DNA of 62,186 nucleotides from positions 1 to 62,186 of the forward strand of contig DATKNZ010000504.1 of the NCBI GenBank assembly GCA_035541055.1, written 5' to 3'. Under the pieces are notes generated by a model, which saw only the letters and a list, made by a program, of their open reading frames with translations, did no database searches and had not been told where the DNA came from. Shown piece by piece: positions 28,884 to 38,713 of this stretch (within the stretch, counting starts at the first letter, position 1; each line of letters begins with the position of its first letter). This DNA comes from Candidatus Acidiferrum sp. GTDB lineage: Bacteria > Verrucomicrobiota > Verrucomicrobiia > Limisphaerales > UBA8199. The position numbers and the translations under genes are program-made.

Positions 28884-29297
28884 ATGAAACGCTTTGGCAG
28901 GTTCTGGCGGCGCTGGTATCGTCGCCTCATGCGCCGAACACCGCAGGACCAGCCCGAGCAGCCTGAGCGCCAGCTAACGCCGGAGGAGTGCGAACGCCTC
29001 TCCGCCGCCACCCAGGACCTGGCCTACCCCCTTTCCGTGACCGACGCCGAGCAGGTCGAGGAGGAGGTCCACGGCAAGCCCCTCAAATATGGCAGTGTCG
29101 GCGCCGCTGCCGACGCCATGCGCCGCCGCCTGCGCGAACTGCGCGAGCAAAAAGCCCAGCTCCTCAACACCTTGGACGATTGTTCCTCCTCCCTGGCTCG
29201 CGACCTGGAGCAGCAGCTCGCCGAGCTGAACCAAAGCATCGCTGACACCCAGCAGCGCCTCGACGCCTACGGCTTCCAAGGCGACAAAGAGAACTGA
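28884..29297 (+). CDS. Coiled-coil hypothetical protein
   Basis: Heptad-rich C-terminal half. Confidence 0.6.
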   Translation: MKRFGRFWRRWYRRLMRRTPQDQPEQPERQLTPEECERLSAATQDLAYPLSVTDAEQVEEEVHGKPLKYGSVGAAADAMRRRLRELREQKAQLLNTLDDCSSSLARDLEQQLAELNQSIADTQQRLDAYGFQGDKEN

Positions 29298-29444
29298 TTC
29301 CCTGATCAGCGTGCAGGCGTCTGCACGCCTTCAATAGCCGCCCCGACCCAAGGCTACGCCCAGCGCCTCCATCCCCCGATGGGGGCGCTGGCGCGTACGG
29401 GTGTCCCACCCCCTTCCCGCAAACGCAAACAACACAAACCCATT

Positions 29445-30023
29445 ATGGATCAAACCACCCTGAACCCCATCCTGGCCCCGATGCCAGGCGCGGCCCCGCC
29501 GCCGCCTGTCGCGCCCAAACCGCCCAAGCGCCGCTCGCGAACCTTCAACCCCAAGGAATTCAAAGTCGTCGCCCTGCGCGAATGCCCCACAGCGGAGGAG
29601 CTGCGGATCATTGACACCCCGGACGCCGCCGCCCGCTACTGGCGGGATACCGTCGTCACCCATCCCTACTTCAACCCGGACGTCGAGTGCTTTGTCTGCC
29701 TCATGCTCAACACCCGCCGCCGCATCATCGGGCATCACCTGGTATCCACCGGCACGCTCGATACCATCCTCGTGCATCCCCGCGAAGTATTCCGTCCGGC
29801 CATTATCGCCGGCTGCGCCGCCCTCATACTGATGCACAATCACCCGAGCAGCGACCCCACGCCATCCGAAGCGGACATCAAGGTCACCCGCGATCTCATC
29901 CGCGCCGGCCAGCTCATCAAAATCGAGGTCCTGGATCACGTCATCATGGGCTACCCGCCGCTCCCCGACCGCATCAAGGATCACGTCAGCCTGCGCGAGC
30001 TGGGCTATTGGACTGGCTTCTGA
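29445..30023 (+). CDS. radC: RadC-like JAB-domain protein
   Basis: HPREVF, HNHPSSDPTPSEAD, LDHVI. Confidence 0.92.
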   Translation: MDQTTLNPILAPMPGAAPPPPVAPKPPKRRSRTFNPKEFKVVALRECPTAEELRIIDTPDAAARYWRDTVVTHPYFNPDVECFVCLMLNTRRRIIGHHLVSTGTLDTILVHPREVFRPAIIAGCAALILMHNHPSSDPTPSEADIKVTRDLIRAGQLIKIEVLDHVIMGYPPLPDRIKDHVSLRELGYWTGF

Positions 30024-30094
30024 ATTTCCCCCGGCGTGAGTGCGCCAGGGCACGGAGACACACAGACCAACAACAACAAACAACACAGACAGAT

Positions 30095-30277
30095 ATGCAA
30101 GTAACCATCAAAAACGGCATCATGAACATCGCCATCCCCGTCAGCGAGACGCCCGCGCCGTCCAAGACCGGGAAGACCCTAGTGGTTGCCACCACCCACG
30201 GCAACGTGGTCACCAGTGCCACCATCAATGGCAAGCCCGTGACCATCGGTCTCAACGCCTACATCCGCAGCAACTAG
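30095..30277 (+). CDS. Small conserved phage protein
   Basis: PSKTGKTLVVATTHGN...IGLNAY; CA-rich leader. Confidence 0.7.
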   Translation: MQVTIKNGIMNIAIPVSETPAPSKTGKTLVVATTHGNVVTSATINGKPVTIGLNAYIRSN

Positions 30278-30334
30278 GCGCCAGCCCACCATCGCCAGCG
30301 GGCGGCCGCCCCGCCCTCTGGCAACCCCTTTCCA

Positions 30335-30670
30335 ATGACCCGACCACGCCAACGCGCCATCACTGCCATCCCTGACACCACGTTCGAGGCCCTGCGCCCG
30401 GGCCGTGGCCCAGAGGTCCGCGCCGAATTCATCGCGTTCTGGCAGGCACGCCCCCAGTTCAAGACCTGCCGCCGGGCGCTGGCCGCGTTCAAAGCCAACG
30501 AGAAGATCTTCCGCGCCGCCCTGGCCGCCGAGTTCGGTCCCCCCGTTCATTTCGTCCCCGACGTCACGCCGCTGCCCCTCCCCGACCGCCCCATGCAGAC
30601 GCCTGCACCGCCGCCCCTCTGGCTGCAGCAAGCACGTCAGCGCATTGCCGCCCAATTCAGCCGCCCATGA
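30335..30670 (+). CDS. Hypothetical protein
   Basis: Co-oriented ORF, ATGA-coupled to the next gene. Confidence 0.5.
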   Translation: MTRPRQRAITAIPDTTFEALRPGRGPEVRAEFIAFWQARPQFKTCRRALAAFKANEKIFRAALAAEFGPPVHFVPDVTPLPLPDRPMQTPAPPPLWLQQARQRIAAQFSRP

Positions 30671-31221
30671 AACACCGCATCTTGCTCGAACAACTCGGCG
30701 AGAACTCCACCACCAGCCCCGACCCGGTCGCCGCCGTCGTCTCGGTGGATGGGGACATGGCCACGGTCGTCCGCCACGGCAAACAGCGCACCGTCAGCCT
30801 CAAGGAGCAGAAGACCTGCTGCTTTAGCTTCGATAACGACATGCTGGTGCCCGTCACCCGCTACACCCTGGGCGAGGTGGACCTTCCCGACTGGATGACC
30901 TGCGATGAATACCTGAGCCGCCAGACCGACTGGAAATGGTACTTGGGCTTTGGCGGCAAGCCCGGGTGGCCCCGCCAGTGGTTCTCCCGGCTGAGCGGGC
31001 TGGGGGAAGCCCCGCGCTTCGCCGCCATCAAATTGCTGAACGTCCGCAACTTCCGCAGCCCCTTCCGCATGTCGCTCCGCAGCCAGCTCGAAGCCTGGCT
31101 CAATGACCCGCAGCCCCGATACGCCAGCCCCTTTTCCCGCAAGCAATGGGATGCCGTGCTGGACGTCCACACCCACCGCGCCGCTATCAATACCTCCAAG
31201 GCCCTCTATTGGCGCCACTGA
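30667..31221 (+). CDS. Hypothetical protein
   Basis: 184-aa ORF with phage codon bias. Confidence 0.65.
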   Translation: MKHRILLEQLGENSTTSPDPVAAVVSVDGDMATVVRHGKQRTVSLKEQKTCCFSFDNDMLVPVTRYTLGEVDLPDWMTCDEYLSRQTDWKWYLGFGGKPGWPRQWFSRLSGLGEAPRFAAIKLLNVRNFRSPFRMSLRSQLEAWLNDPQPRYASPFSRKQWDAVLDVHTHRAAINTSKALYWRH

Positions 31222-31336
31222 CCCATGGCCCGCCGCATCCCCTATCGCAGCCGCGCCATGTATGACGTCATTGGCTGGCTCATCCTGGGCGGGATGCTCC
31301 TCGCCTTGACCCTGGTGATTTATGCCTAATTGTCTG

Positions 31337-31365
31337 TTGCACATTGTGCAAGTATGCCGTATAAG
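31337..31365 (+). promoter_or_regulatory. Sigma70-like promoter with overlapping operator palindrome
   Basis: TTGCAC-17 nt-TATAAG; palindrome TTGCACA-T-TGTGCAA (31337-31351) covers the -35 box. Confidence 0.55.
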
Positions 31366-31379
31366 GCGTGCCGATTGAT

Positions 31380-31568
31380 ATGAACACGACACCCCACCTC
31401 AATCAAAGCAAAGTCCGTCAGACCGCCCTTGAAATCGCCGAAATGACCCGGGCACAGCGCTTCACCCGCGTCGGCAAGAGCTTCCTTGAGCGCATCGAGG
31501 CCAAGACTCGCGCCGCCATCGCCGAAGAAGTCCGCATCCACCCGTCGAAAGGAAAAACCCTTCTATGA
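31380..31568 (+). CDS. Small basic histone-fold-like protein
   Basis: LNQSKVR...RVGKSFLERIEAKTRAAI...HPSKGKTL parallels prokaryotic histone folds (SKVK, RV-S, KT-V/L); 62 aa. Confidence 0.6.
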   Translation: MNTTPHLNQSKVRQTALEIAEMTRAQRFTRVGKSFLERIEAKTRAAIAEEVRIHPSKGKTLL

Positions 31569-31918
31569 CCAAAACCCAAGAACGCAGAGCCGTCCGCAAG
31601 GTCAACGCCGCCGCCCGCGCCTTGATCCTTGCGGAGTCCGAACTGATGGAGACCCCGCTCCGCCGCTCGGCAGAGATCCCCGCCCATTGCCTTGGTCCCG
31701 TCCTCGATGCCGCGCATAGCGCCGTCGAGTGGGCTACGACGCCGGTAGCGACTCCCGCCGAGCTGCTGGCCAGCGCCGCCGTCAAACTCTACCGCAAACC
31801 CAGCGACCTGTCTCCCCTTGCTGTCATCACGCTGGAGGAGAAGGACGCCTTGGACGACCTGGCCGCAGGAGGCACCGCCGCCCTCAGTGATCCGTCCCGA
31901 TCCGACCGATCCGTCTGA
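31565..31918 (+). CDS. Hypothetical protein
   Basis: ATGA-coupled to the histone-like gene. Confidence 0.55.
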   Translation: MTKTQERRAVRKVNAAARALILAESELMETPLRRSAEIPAHCLGPVLDAAHSAVEWATTPVATPAELLASAAVKLYRKPSDLSPLAVITLEEKDALDDLAAGGTAALSDPSRSDRSV

Positions 31919-31962
31919 TGTCCGTAAAACCGACACACAAACAACAACACAACACAATCCGT

Positions 31963-33729
31963 ATGCAGAAAACCACCAAAGCCAAGCAAACCAAGCGCCC
32001 CACCCTGCATCCCGGCGAGGCCATAGTCCGTCTGGCCCTCGGGCTGCTGCTCCCCTCACCCACCAACCGGCCAAACCGTTCCGGCATGGACCCCAAGTCC
32101 ATCGCCGAGTTGGCCGAGTCCATGCGCGTGCCGGGCATCATCGAGCCGCTCATCGTCCGCCCTCACCCCACGGAGAAGGGCAAGTACGAGATCATCTGCG
32201 GCGAGCGCCGCGCGCTGGCCGCGCAGAGCATCAAGCTCGAAGTCGCCCCCTGCATCATCCGGCAACTGGACGATGCCACGGCCCATAAGGTCCAGATCAT
32301 CGAAAACCTCCAACGCGAAGGATTGCACCCCGTCGAGGAAGCCCAGGGGTACGCTGACCTGCTGGAGCAGAAAGGCCCGGACGGCAAGCCCATCAACACC
32401 ATGCAGTCGATTGCCAAGGACATTGGCAAGTCCGTGGCCTTCGTCTATGGCCGCCTCAAACTGCTGGAGATGCCCAAGGTTGCGCTCGACGCCAGCCTCA
32501 ATGGCAAGTGCAGCGCCAGCATCGCCCTGCTCCTCGCCCGCATCCCCGATGCGAAGCTGGCCTACAAAGCTACCATCGAGGTGCTCGCCCCCGGCGCGAC
32601 CGGCGACGACAAGCAGCGCGAGCAGCAGGCGCTCGACAAGGAGGTCGAGCCCATGTCCTACCGCCGCGCCAAGGAGCACATCCAGGCCACCTACATGAAG
32701 CGGCTGCGCGGGGCCAAGTTCGATCAGGAGGACGCCGAGCTGGTGCCCATCCAGAACGTGAATGGCGAGCGCCGCGCCGGCGGCAAGTGCAGTGATTGCC
32801 CCTGGCGCACCGGCAACCTCACCCTGCTCCTGCCCGGCGAGCAGAAGGAGACGCTGCGGAGCGATTTCGCCCCCATCGCTACAGACGTCTGCACAAACCC
32901 GGCTTGCTTCAAGCTCAAGACCGACGCCGCCTGGAAGCGCGACCAAGCCAAGGCCAAGGCGCAGGGCCACACCCTGCTGCGCGATGGCAAGGCCGCCCAG
33001 ATCTTCGGCGGCAATGGCCACGTCGAGAGCAGCGAATACGTGGACGTCCGTGGCATCTTCCCCGGCGAGAAGAAGAAGACCTGGGAGGATGTGCTGGGCG
33101 ACAAGCTGCCCGACAACCTCACGCAGGCCCGGGACGGCAAGCGCAAGGTCCACTTCCTGATTGACCGCGAGGCCGCCGCCGAAGCCGCCAAGGCCGTCGG
33201 CCGCACCCTGCCCAAGACCTTCCTCCGCACCGCCGAGAACCCAGCCGACCGCCAGAAAGCTTACCAGCAGGAGCAGCAGGAGAAGGCCTCCCGTCGCGCC
33301 GCGATGGCCCCGGTCGGCTCCCATCTGTTCGCCATGCTGCTCGCCAAAGCGGCCGAAGTGGAACCCGCCGCCAACTGGTGGCGCTGGCTTGTCCGCAGCG
33401 CCGTGGACGGCCAGGAGCATTACTGGGTCGAGTACCTTGGCCTCAAGTCCAACAAGGCGTTGGAGGAGTGGATCGAGAAATCCAAGCCCGAGCAACTCCG
33501 TGGCGTGCTGGTCGCCTCCGTGGCCATCAGCAACCGGGGCTATGACGGCGACTTCGTCACCTACGATGGTGACCTGGTCGGCGGCCTGGTGGACGCCTGC
33601 GAATTCTACGGGCTCAACGTGAAGAAGATCACCGAGGACAAGCTCGCCGAGGCCAAGGCCAAGGCCGATTTGTCCGCCAAATCCGATCCGCTCGGTGCCA
33701 GGCCTGCTGCTGCAACCCCGGCCAAGTAA
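31963..33729 (+). CDS. parB: ParB/RepB/Spo0J-family protein, long form with Cys cluster
   Basis: ICGERRALA, IENLQREGLHPVEEA, HTH (IAKDIGKSVAFVYGRLKL), CSDCPWRT...CTNPACF. Confidence 0.9.
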   Translation: MQKTTKAKQTKRPTLHPGEAIVRLALGLLLPSPTNRPNRSGMDPKSIAELAESMRVPGIIEPLIVRPHPTEKGKYEIICGERRALAAQSIKLEVAPCIIRQLDDATAHKVQIIENLQREGLHPVEEAQGYADLLEQKGPDGKPINTMQSIAKDIGKSVAFVYGRLKLLEMPKVALDASLNGKCSASIALLLARIPDAKLAYKATIEVLAPGATGDDKQREQQALDKEVEPMSYRRAKEHIQATYMKRLRGAKFDQEDAELVPIQNVNGERRAGGKCSDCPWRTGNLTLLLPGEQKETLRSDFAPIATDVCTNPACFKLKTDAAWKRDQAKAKAQGHTLLRDGKAAQIFGGNGHVESSEYVDVRGIFPGEKKKTWEDVLGDKLPDNLTQARDGKRKVHFLIDREAAAEAAKAVGRTLPKTFLRTAENPADRQKAYQQEQQEKASRRAAMAPVGSHLFAMLLAKAAEVEPAANWWRWLVRSAVDGQEHYWVEYLGLKSNKALEEWIEKSKPEQLRGVLVASVAISNRGYDGDFVTYDGDLVGGLVDACEFYGLNVKKITEDKLAEAKAKADLSAKSDPLGARPAAATPAK

Positions 33730-33781
33730 GAGGACTCCGAACCAGGGCGCTCAGCGCTAACTCGTGTCTGAGCGCCCCCTT

Positions 33782-34873
33782 CTACTGCTTGAAGCGTTCC
33801 TTAAGTTTCCTTGGGCTGTCGAAAGACCAACCCTGGTAGTACCTTGGATTCTCGTCAGCATAGACCAGTCGTCCCGCTGTGGTTTCCAGGGCAAGCCATT
33901 TGCCTGGCGACGCTTCCGCGAGCACCCAAGCATGATCGGCGGCCTGCAAGGAAGTTGGGTCGCGGTCAACATTCCCAACCTGGATTTTTGCCGCAATCCC
34001 CCTCGTCTTAACCATGTTCCAAACATCGCAGGCCATGTCTTCGCAGACGAACATATCCTCCTTCGAGTAGGTATGGCTCCTTTGATAATCGGATAGAATT
34101 TGGGCTAGGATGGCGGTTCTGTCCCCCGCTTGTTCCGCAGCCAACCGGGGTTCAGCTTGCTGAATGGCACGAGCTTCTGCGGCTCTTCGCGTCTCGTTGG
34201 CCCGGTACTCGGCTGCCGCTCGCGTCTGAGCTGCCTCATACTCCGACGCCTTCAGCGGGTCATAGCCATACTGCTGCCGGATGGAATCGGGCAAAGCCTT
34301 GAATTTCACCTTTCGGAGTTCCGTTCCGCCTTTGCATTCAACCAATAGCCCGTCAGGATAGACCTTGCTCACCCGCTCTCCTGGTCCAAGGAATCGAGTT
34401 TGCTCGACTCGGGCTTCGCGAGGGTATTCAACTGCCTGGGGCGCAAGGGGTGCCGCTGTGTTCTGCTCTGATCTCCCCGCCAGCTCATAAGGTTGTAAAG
34501 CGCGGGTATTAGCCGACTGCTGGGCGTCTCCCGGTGTCGGCATGTTTAGCTCCGGCTGTTGGCCGTCAGCTATGGCCTTACCCCACGACGTTGCCCTTAC
34601 TGGCCAGCTTCCATATCGCCAGATGCAGGCTGTGCCAAGTCCCACGGCAACAATGAGCATACCCACTACCCCGATTGCCGCTTTTGGGGCTTTCGATTTA
34701 AGGATTGGTGCAGGCTGGTGCGGGGGTCGGCATTGAGTCGCTGGTGCTCCATCAGCGTGTTGACCAACCCACGCCTTGAGCCTACCCACGTCAGGTTGCC
34801 TGCCGCCTTTGGTCCTCACCGCCCTTTTCGAATTCCGACGCGCGAAGGGTTCGTCACCTTGAAATGGGTTCAT
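33782..34873 (-). CDS. Membrane-anchored protein with transglutaminase/papain-like C-terminal domain
   Basis: One TM segment; FVCEDMA...HAWV...ALET Cys-His-Glu pattern. Confidence 0.55.
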   Translation of the reverse strand: MNPFQGDEPFARRNSKRAVRTKGGRQPDVGRLKAWVGQHADGAPATQCRPPHQPAPILKSKAPKAAIGVVGMLIVAVGLGTACIWRYGSWPVRATSWGKAIADGQQPELNMPTPGDAQQSANTRALQPYELAGRSEQNTAAPLAPQAVEYPREARVEQTRFLGPGERVSKVYPDGLLVECKGGTELRKVKFKALPDSIRQQYGYDPLKASEYEAAQTRAAAEYRANETRRAAEARAIQQAEPRLAAEQAGDRTAILAQILSDYQRSHTYSKEDMFVCEDMACDVWNMVKTRGIAAKIQVGNVDRDPTSLQAADHAWVLAEASPGKWLALETTAGRLVYADENPRYYQGWSFDSPRKLKERFKQ

Positions 34874-35079
34874 CTTTTGCAGTGCGCGGCACGCACCTCG
34901 TCACCGGCATAGGGCGTGCCAGTCTCGCGCCCCAAGGCACAAAACCTGTCTAAAAATGCTGACAGGTAAGCCCAGTCAGCGTTCTGTCCAATTCATGGAC
35001 ACCTTTCCCCACTGCCTGTCCAAGTAACCGGACCGTTGGCATCTCGAACTTCTCTCAAACCGTAAATCGTAACTAAATT

Positions 35080-35883
35080 ATGGACCTCGCCACCATCTAT
35101 CGCCGCGTCTCCACCGACCACCAGGACAACTCGATGGAGTTGCAGGAGCACCTCAACGCTGAATACTGCCAACGCCTCGGCCTGGTGCTGGACGAACAAA
35201 CCACCTTTGAAGACCCGGACGTCTCCGGCTCCATCTGGTTCGCAGAGCGGGACGGTGGCAGCGCCCTGCTAGCCCGACTCGAGCAGGGCGGCATCAAGCA
35301 CCTCGTCACCGCCAAGCAGGACCGCCTGGGTCGGGACACCCTCGACGCCATCGCCACCATTCGCAAAGTATGGGAGCTGGGCATCACCCCGCACTTCCCC
35401 GCCGAAGGCGGCGCCTTCCCGCGCACGCCGCAGAACGAGCTGCTCTTTGAGATCAAGGCCAGCGTCGCCCAGTATGAGCGCAACCTCATCCGTGACCGCA
35501 CCCGCGCCGTCCTGCGCCACAAGTTCAGCCAGTTCCAGCTCACCGGCCACGTCCCGTTCGGCTACGATTGCCTCTACACCTTTGCCGACGGCCAGACGTT
35601 GCTTAGCGTCCGTGCGCTGTCCGCCGCCGAATTGCCCGCCAAGCCCGACCGGAAAGACCTCGTGGACAACCTCGACGAACAGCAGGCCATTCACCAGATG
35701 CGCGCCTGGCGCGACTCGGGCTGGAAGCTGGAGCAGATCGCCGGCGAGCTGAACCGCTGCGGCATCCCCACCAAGCAAGGCTGCCGCTGGCAGGCCGGCA
35801 ACGTCGCCAGCGTTCTCGCCTCCCGCCACACCGCCCGCATCCTACAGACGCCTGCAGGCGCGTCGCAGGCGGAAGCGGCCTAG
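35080..35883 (+). CDS. Serine recombinase (resolvase domain + recombinase domain)
   Basis: IYRRVSTDHQ, DRLGR, YERNLIRDRT, VPFGY, IAGELN. Confidence 0.92.
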   Translation: MDLATIYRRVSTDHQDNSMELQEHLNAEYCQRLGLVLDEQTTFEDPDVSGSIWFAERDGGSALLARLEQGGIKHLVTAKQDRLGRDTLDAIATIRKVWELGITPHFPAEGGAFPRTPQNELLFEIKASVAQYERNLIRDRTRAVLRHKFSQFQLTGHVPFGYDCLYTFADGQTLLSVRALSAAELPAKPDRKDLVDNLDEQQAIHQMRAWRDSGWKLEQIAGELNRCGIPTKQGCRWQAGNVASVLASRHTARILQTPAGASQAEAA

Positions 35884-36021
35884 GCTGTCACCTCAGTGCA
35901 GGTGGAAGCATGGGCGAAGGCGCGGGAGGAAAAGCCGGAATTGCCGGATTTGTGGAAGGAGCCCTGACGTCGCTCGGGCTCTCCTGGGGCACAGCCCCCC
36001 GCGCGTGCGATACTTGGAACT

Positions 36022-36726
36022 TCAGCAGCTTTGGTTTTGGCACCGGTGCAGCAGTTGTGCGAGGTGCGAGCTCACGCCGACCGCGAACTGTTCGAAGAAG
36101 CGGCGCTGGCCCTTGATTTGTGAGCTACTGAGGTTCGGGGACGCGTCCTCGTGGAGAATGTTGTTCCTCATCGCTGTCACTGAGTTAAAGATGCCTCGAA
36201 AATCGATCATCGCCTCAACGGGAGCATCTGAGGACAGGGTTTCAACTCGCTCAGCCAGCTGCACGACATCAAAAATATCCGGAATTCCAAGCTTCTCGAA
36301 CAATTTGATTAATTCCCCCTCGCCGTGTCGGCCAAAGGCAAGCTTCGCGTGTAGGGCCAGATCATCAAACCTCTCCGTAGTGGCCCATAATGTGCCAAGC
36401 CGCCGAAACAGCTGAGCAGCTTCTTCTTGATTCCCGGGTTGGCGCAAGCGCTCCAGTTGTGACAAGGCGCCGAACGTATGTTGCAGTCGAAGCCCTGTTG
36501 GAATCCGATCGCAGGGTAACCGGCATTCGTTGAGCTTAAAAACGAACTCCTCTACGATTGATTCCGCAAAGGACTCGAATTTTCCGGCGATGAGGAGGAG
36601 GGCAGCTTTGTTAAAGGTCGAAGATTTCTGACGATCAGAGCTTGCCGCGTCCGCGGCTTCGCAAAGGATGTCCACCTCTGCCAAGCTGTCCGTAAAACCT
36701 GCCAGGGCTTCAAAATGTCCCGTCAT
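36022..36726 (-). CDS. HEPN-domain protein (RiboL-PSP/MAE_28990-like)
   Basis: KFESFAE helix and RNNILH (RxxxxH) motif. Confidence 0.8.
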   Translation of the reverse strand: MTGHFEALAGFTDSLAEVDILCEAADAASSDRQKSSTFNKAALLLIAGKFESFAESIVEEFVFKLNECRLPCDRIPTGLRLQHTFGALSQLERLRQPGNQEEAAQLFRRLGTLWATTERFDDLALHAKLAFGRHGEGELIKLFEKLGIPDIFDVVQLAERVETLSSDAPVEAMIDFRGIFNSVTAMRNNILHEDASPNLSSSQIKGQRRFFEQFAVGVSSHLAQLLHRCQNQSC

Positions 36727-37841
36727 TGCAGCAGCTTGGTCAGCTCACGACACCAGGTTCTCAACCTATATTCGAGCTGCTTTTTGTCAGAAGTCGAAAT
36801 GGTAATTGCTGAATTAAAATTAGCGTCTTGGGTTGGGAGCGTCTGCAGGAGCGTTTTGATTCCTTCCTTCTTCTGTTCGAGAACGGCCTGGTCAAAACTC
36901 TCAAAGCTTATCATTACGACGTCCATTATGGCCCTGTTGGGACGGTTGTCGAACGAGCCTTCCGTATTGACTTTCCTGAAGGCGTTCGGGCCAAAAACAC
37001 TGTAGACCTTATCAATAGTCTTTGTGAATTTGTCCCGATAGCGGGTGATGGTCTCTTCGCCCACGTTCTTCCGCGCATCCGCGAAGGTGTTCAGTGTTCC
37101 CTTCATCTTCCCGGTATACTGTTTAACCTCTCCGGTGGTGGGGTCGAACCCCTCGGACAGCGCCAGATATCGCAGGATTAGCTCCTCATCATCCATCCTC
37201 TTGTGGGGTTTTGTCAGCCCCAGGATCTCCAAAAACCTCTTGTTGAGTTTGAGCTCTTTCAGGAGCTTGTTGAGGCTGCCGCGGAACAGGCAGTTTCTAA
37301 GTTCCTGTTCCTTCAATTTGATGGCCCCTCGATTCAGCCGCATAAAAATGTCGTATTTGATCTCGGGGTGCGATTCCTTGAATATGAGGACGATGCGCAG
37401 TATGCCATTCCGCAAAATGCGAGCTGCTTTGGGGTTCAGCGTAGCGTATTTGGACCGATTGAGCTCTGTCAGCACTTCCAAACCCCTGAGCGCGAATTCA
37501 TTGGTAAAGAAGCGTCGGAGCGAATACAGCCGCTGGAGTCCGTCCACGACGTTCCACGTACTGTCGTCGTCCTCGGCAACGTAGACCACCGGAATCGGGA
37601 CATTGAGTAGGATAGATTCGATGAGCAGGGAGGCCTTTTTATTGTCCCAGACGTAATTCCGTTGGTATTCGGGATCGAGTTTGATCTCACCTGTATCGAC
37701 CATTGTAACGACGTCCCCGATGCTCTTATCATAGGCCTGCGTGCGCAGATAGCGCTGCTCCTTCGGGATGTCGTCTGAAATCGTCTCGGCTTCTGTGTCT
37801 TGGCTGTCGGCGAACGTGATATCTGGATCTTCTTTCGGCAT
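36723..37841 (-). CDS. DUF262 (GmrSD-type ParB/Srx fold) protein
   Basis: PEYQRNYVW, LIESILLNVPIP, VVDGLQRL, IFMRLNRG. Confidence 0.92.
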   Translation of the reverse strand: MPKEDPDITFADSQDTEAETISDDIPKEQRYLRTQAYDKSIGDVVTMVDTGEIKLDPEYQRNYVWDNKKASLLIESILLNVPIPVVYVAEDDDSTWNVVDGLQRLYSLRRFFTNEFALRGLEVLTELNRSKYATLNPKAARILRNGILRIVLIFKESHPEIKYDIFMRLNRGAIKLKEQELRNCLFRGSLNKLLKELKLNKRFLEILGLTKPHKRMDDEELILRYLALSEGFDPTTGEVKQYTGKMKGTLNTFADARKNVGEETITRYRDKFTKTIDKVYSVFGPNAFRKVNTEGSFDNRPNRAIMDVVMISFESFDQAVLEQKKEGIKTLLQTLPTQDANFNSAITISTSDKKQLEYRLRTWCRELTKLLQ

Positions 37842-38061
37842 GCGTAAGGTTTACTGGAAGTAGGCGAACATTGGAAGTAAATCTTGACGCCGCTGCTGTA
37901 AAATCATTGGTATCCGCCTCGGCTATTGGCCATTGGCTATCGGCTATTTCAGTTACATCCCCCTTTAATCCCTAGCCGTCGCTTGTAATCCCTCGGGCCG
38001 GGAGCAATCCCGCCCCGCTCCCTTTCGTCCCTCAACCTTCAACTTTCAACCCTCAACACCC

Positions 38062-38694
38062 ATGTACATCAGCCCCTACATCGGCCGAACCGGCATCGTT
38101 GATGCCATCATCCGAACCCAAGTCATCCCTCGCCTGCCCGATCCCGCCCTCGATCCGCTGGAACGAAAGCTCCTGTTTTCCGGTCCACCCGGCCTTGCCA
38201 AGACGGAGTTGGCGATGCAACTCGCCCTCGCCATTACCGGGCACCCCTTGAACGTCGAGTTCAAGATGGGCACGCAGATCAGCGTCGAGGTCGTCCGCGA
38301 CTGGCTACGCTCCGCTCCGTACCGCCCGCTTTGGGGCCAGTTCACCGTGAAGGTCATTGACGAGGTCAACACCATCCCGCCCACCGCCGTCACCGAGCTG
38401 CGCCAGTTCCTCGACTTCCTCCAGCCCTGGACCGTTGTCATCGCCACCACGAACTTGGAACCCTGCAAGCTGGCCGAACCGCTGCAAACCCGGTTCACCA
38501 TCTACAAGTTCGACCGCGTCCCGGCCAGGCTCGTGGCCGCCCACCTGATCGAGAAGTTCCCCGAGGTGCCGCCGGACCAGCTTGCGCAGATCGCCAACAA
38601 AACCGCCGGTGACGTGCGTGCCGCCAAGGCCGACGCCGCCCAGCAGCGCAACGTCCTGCGCTTCGTCGAGCTGCAGCAGCAGGAAGCCGCGTAA
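38062..38694 (+). CDS. Clamp-loader/RarA-like AAA+ ATPase
   Basis: FSGPPGLAKT, VIDEV, IATTN, LQTRF, GDVRAA. Confidence 0.8.
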   Translation: MYISPYIGRTGIVDAIIRTQVIPRLPDPALDPLERKLLFSGPPGLAKTELAMQLALAITGHPLNVEFKMGTQISVEVVRDWLRSAPYRPLWGQFTVKVIDEVNTIPPTAVTELRQFLDFLQPWTVVIATTNLEPCKLAEPLQTRFTIYKFDRVPARLVAAHLIEKFPEVPPDQLAQIANKTAGDVRAAKADAAQQRNVLRFVELQQQEAA

Positions 38695-38713
38695 TCCTCC
38701 CTTCCCGCGACCC

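Noticed and set aside
35080..35883. Serine recombinase as the cassette integrase
   Set aside because: attC recombination needs an IntI tyrosine recombinase; this is a serine-family enzyme located far from the arrays.
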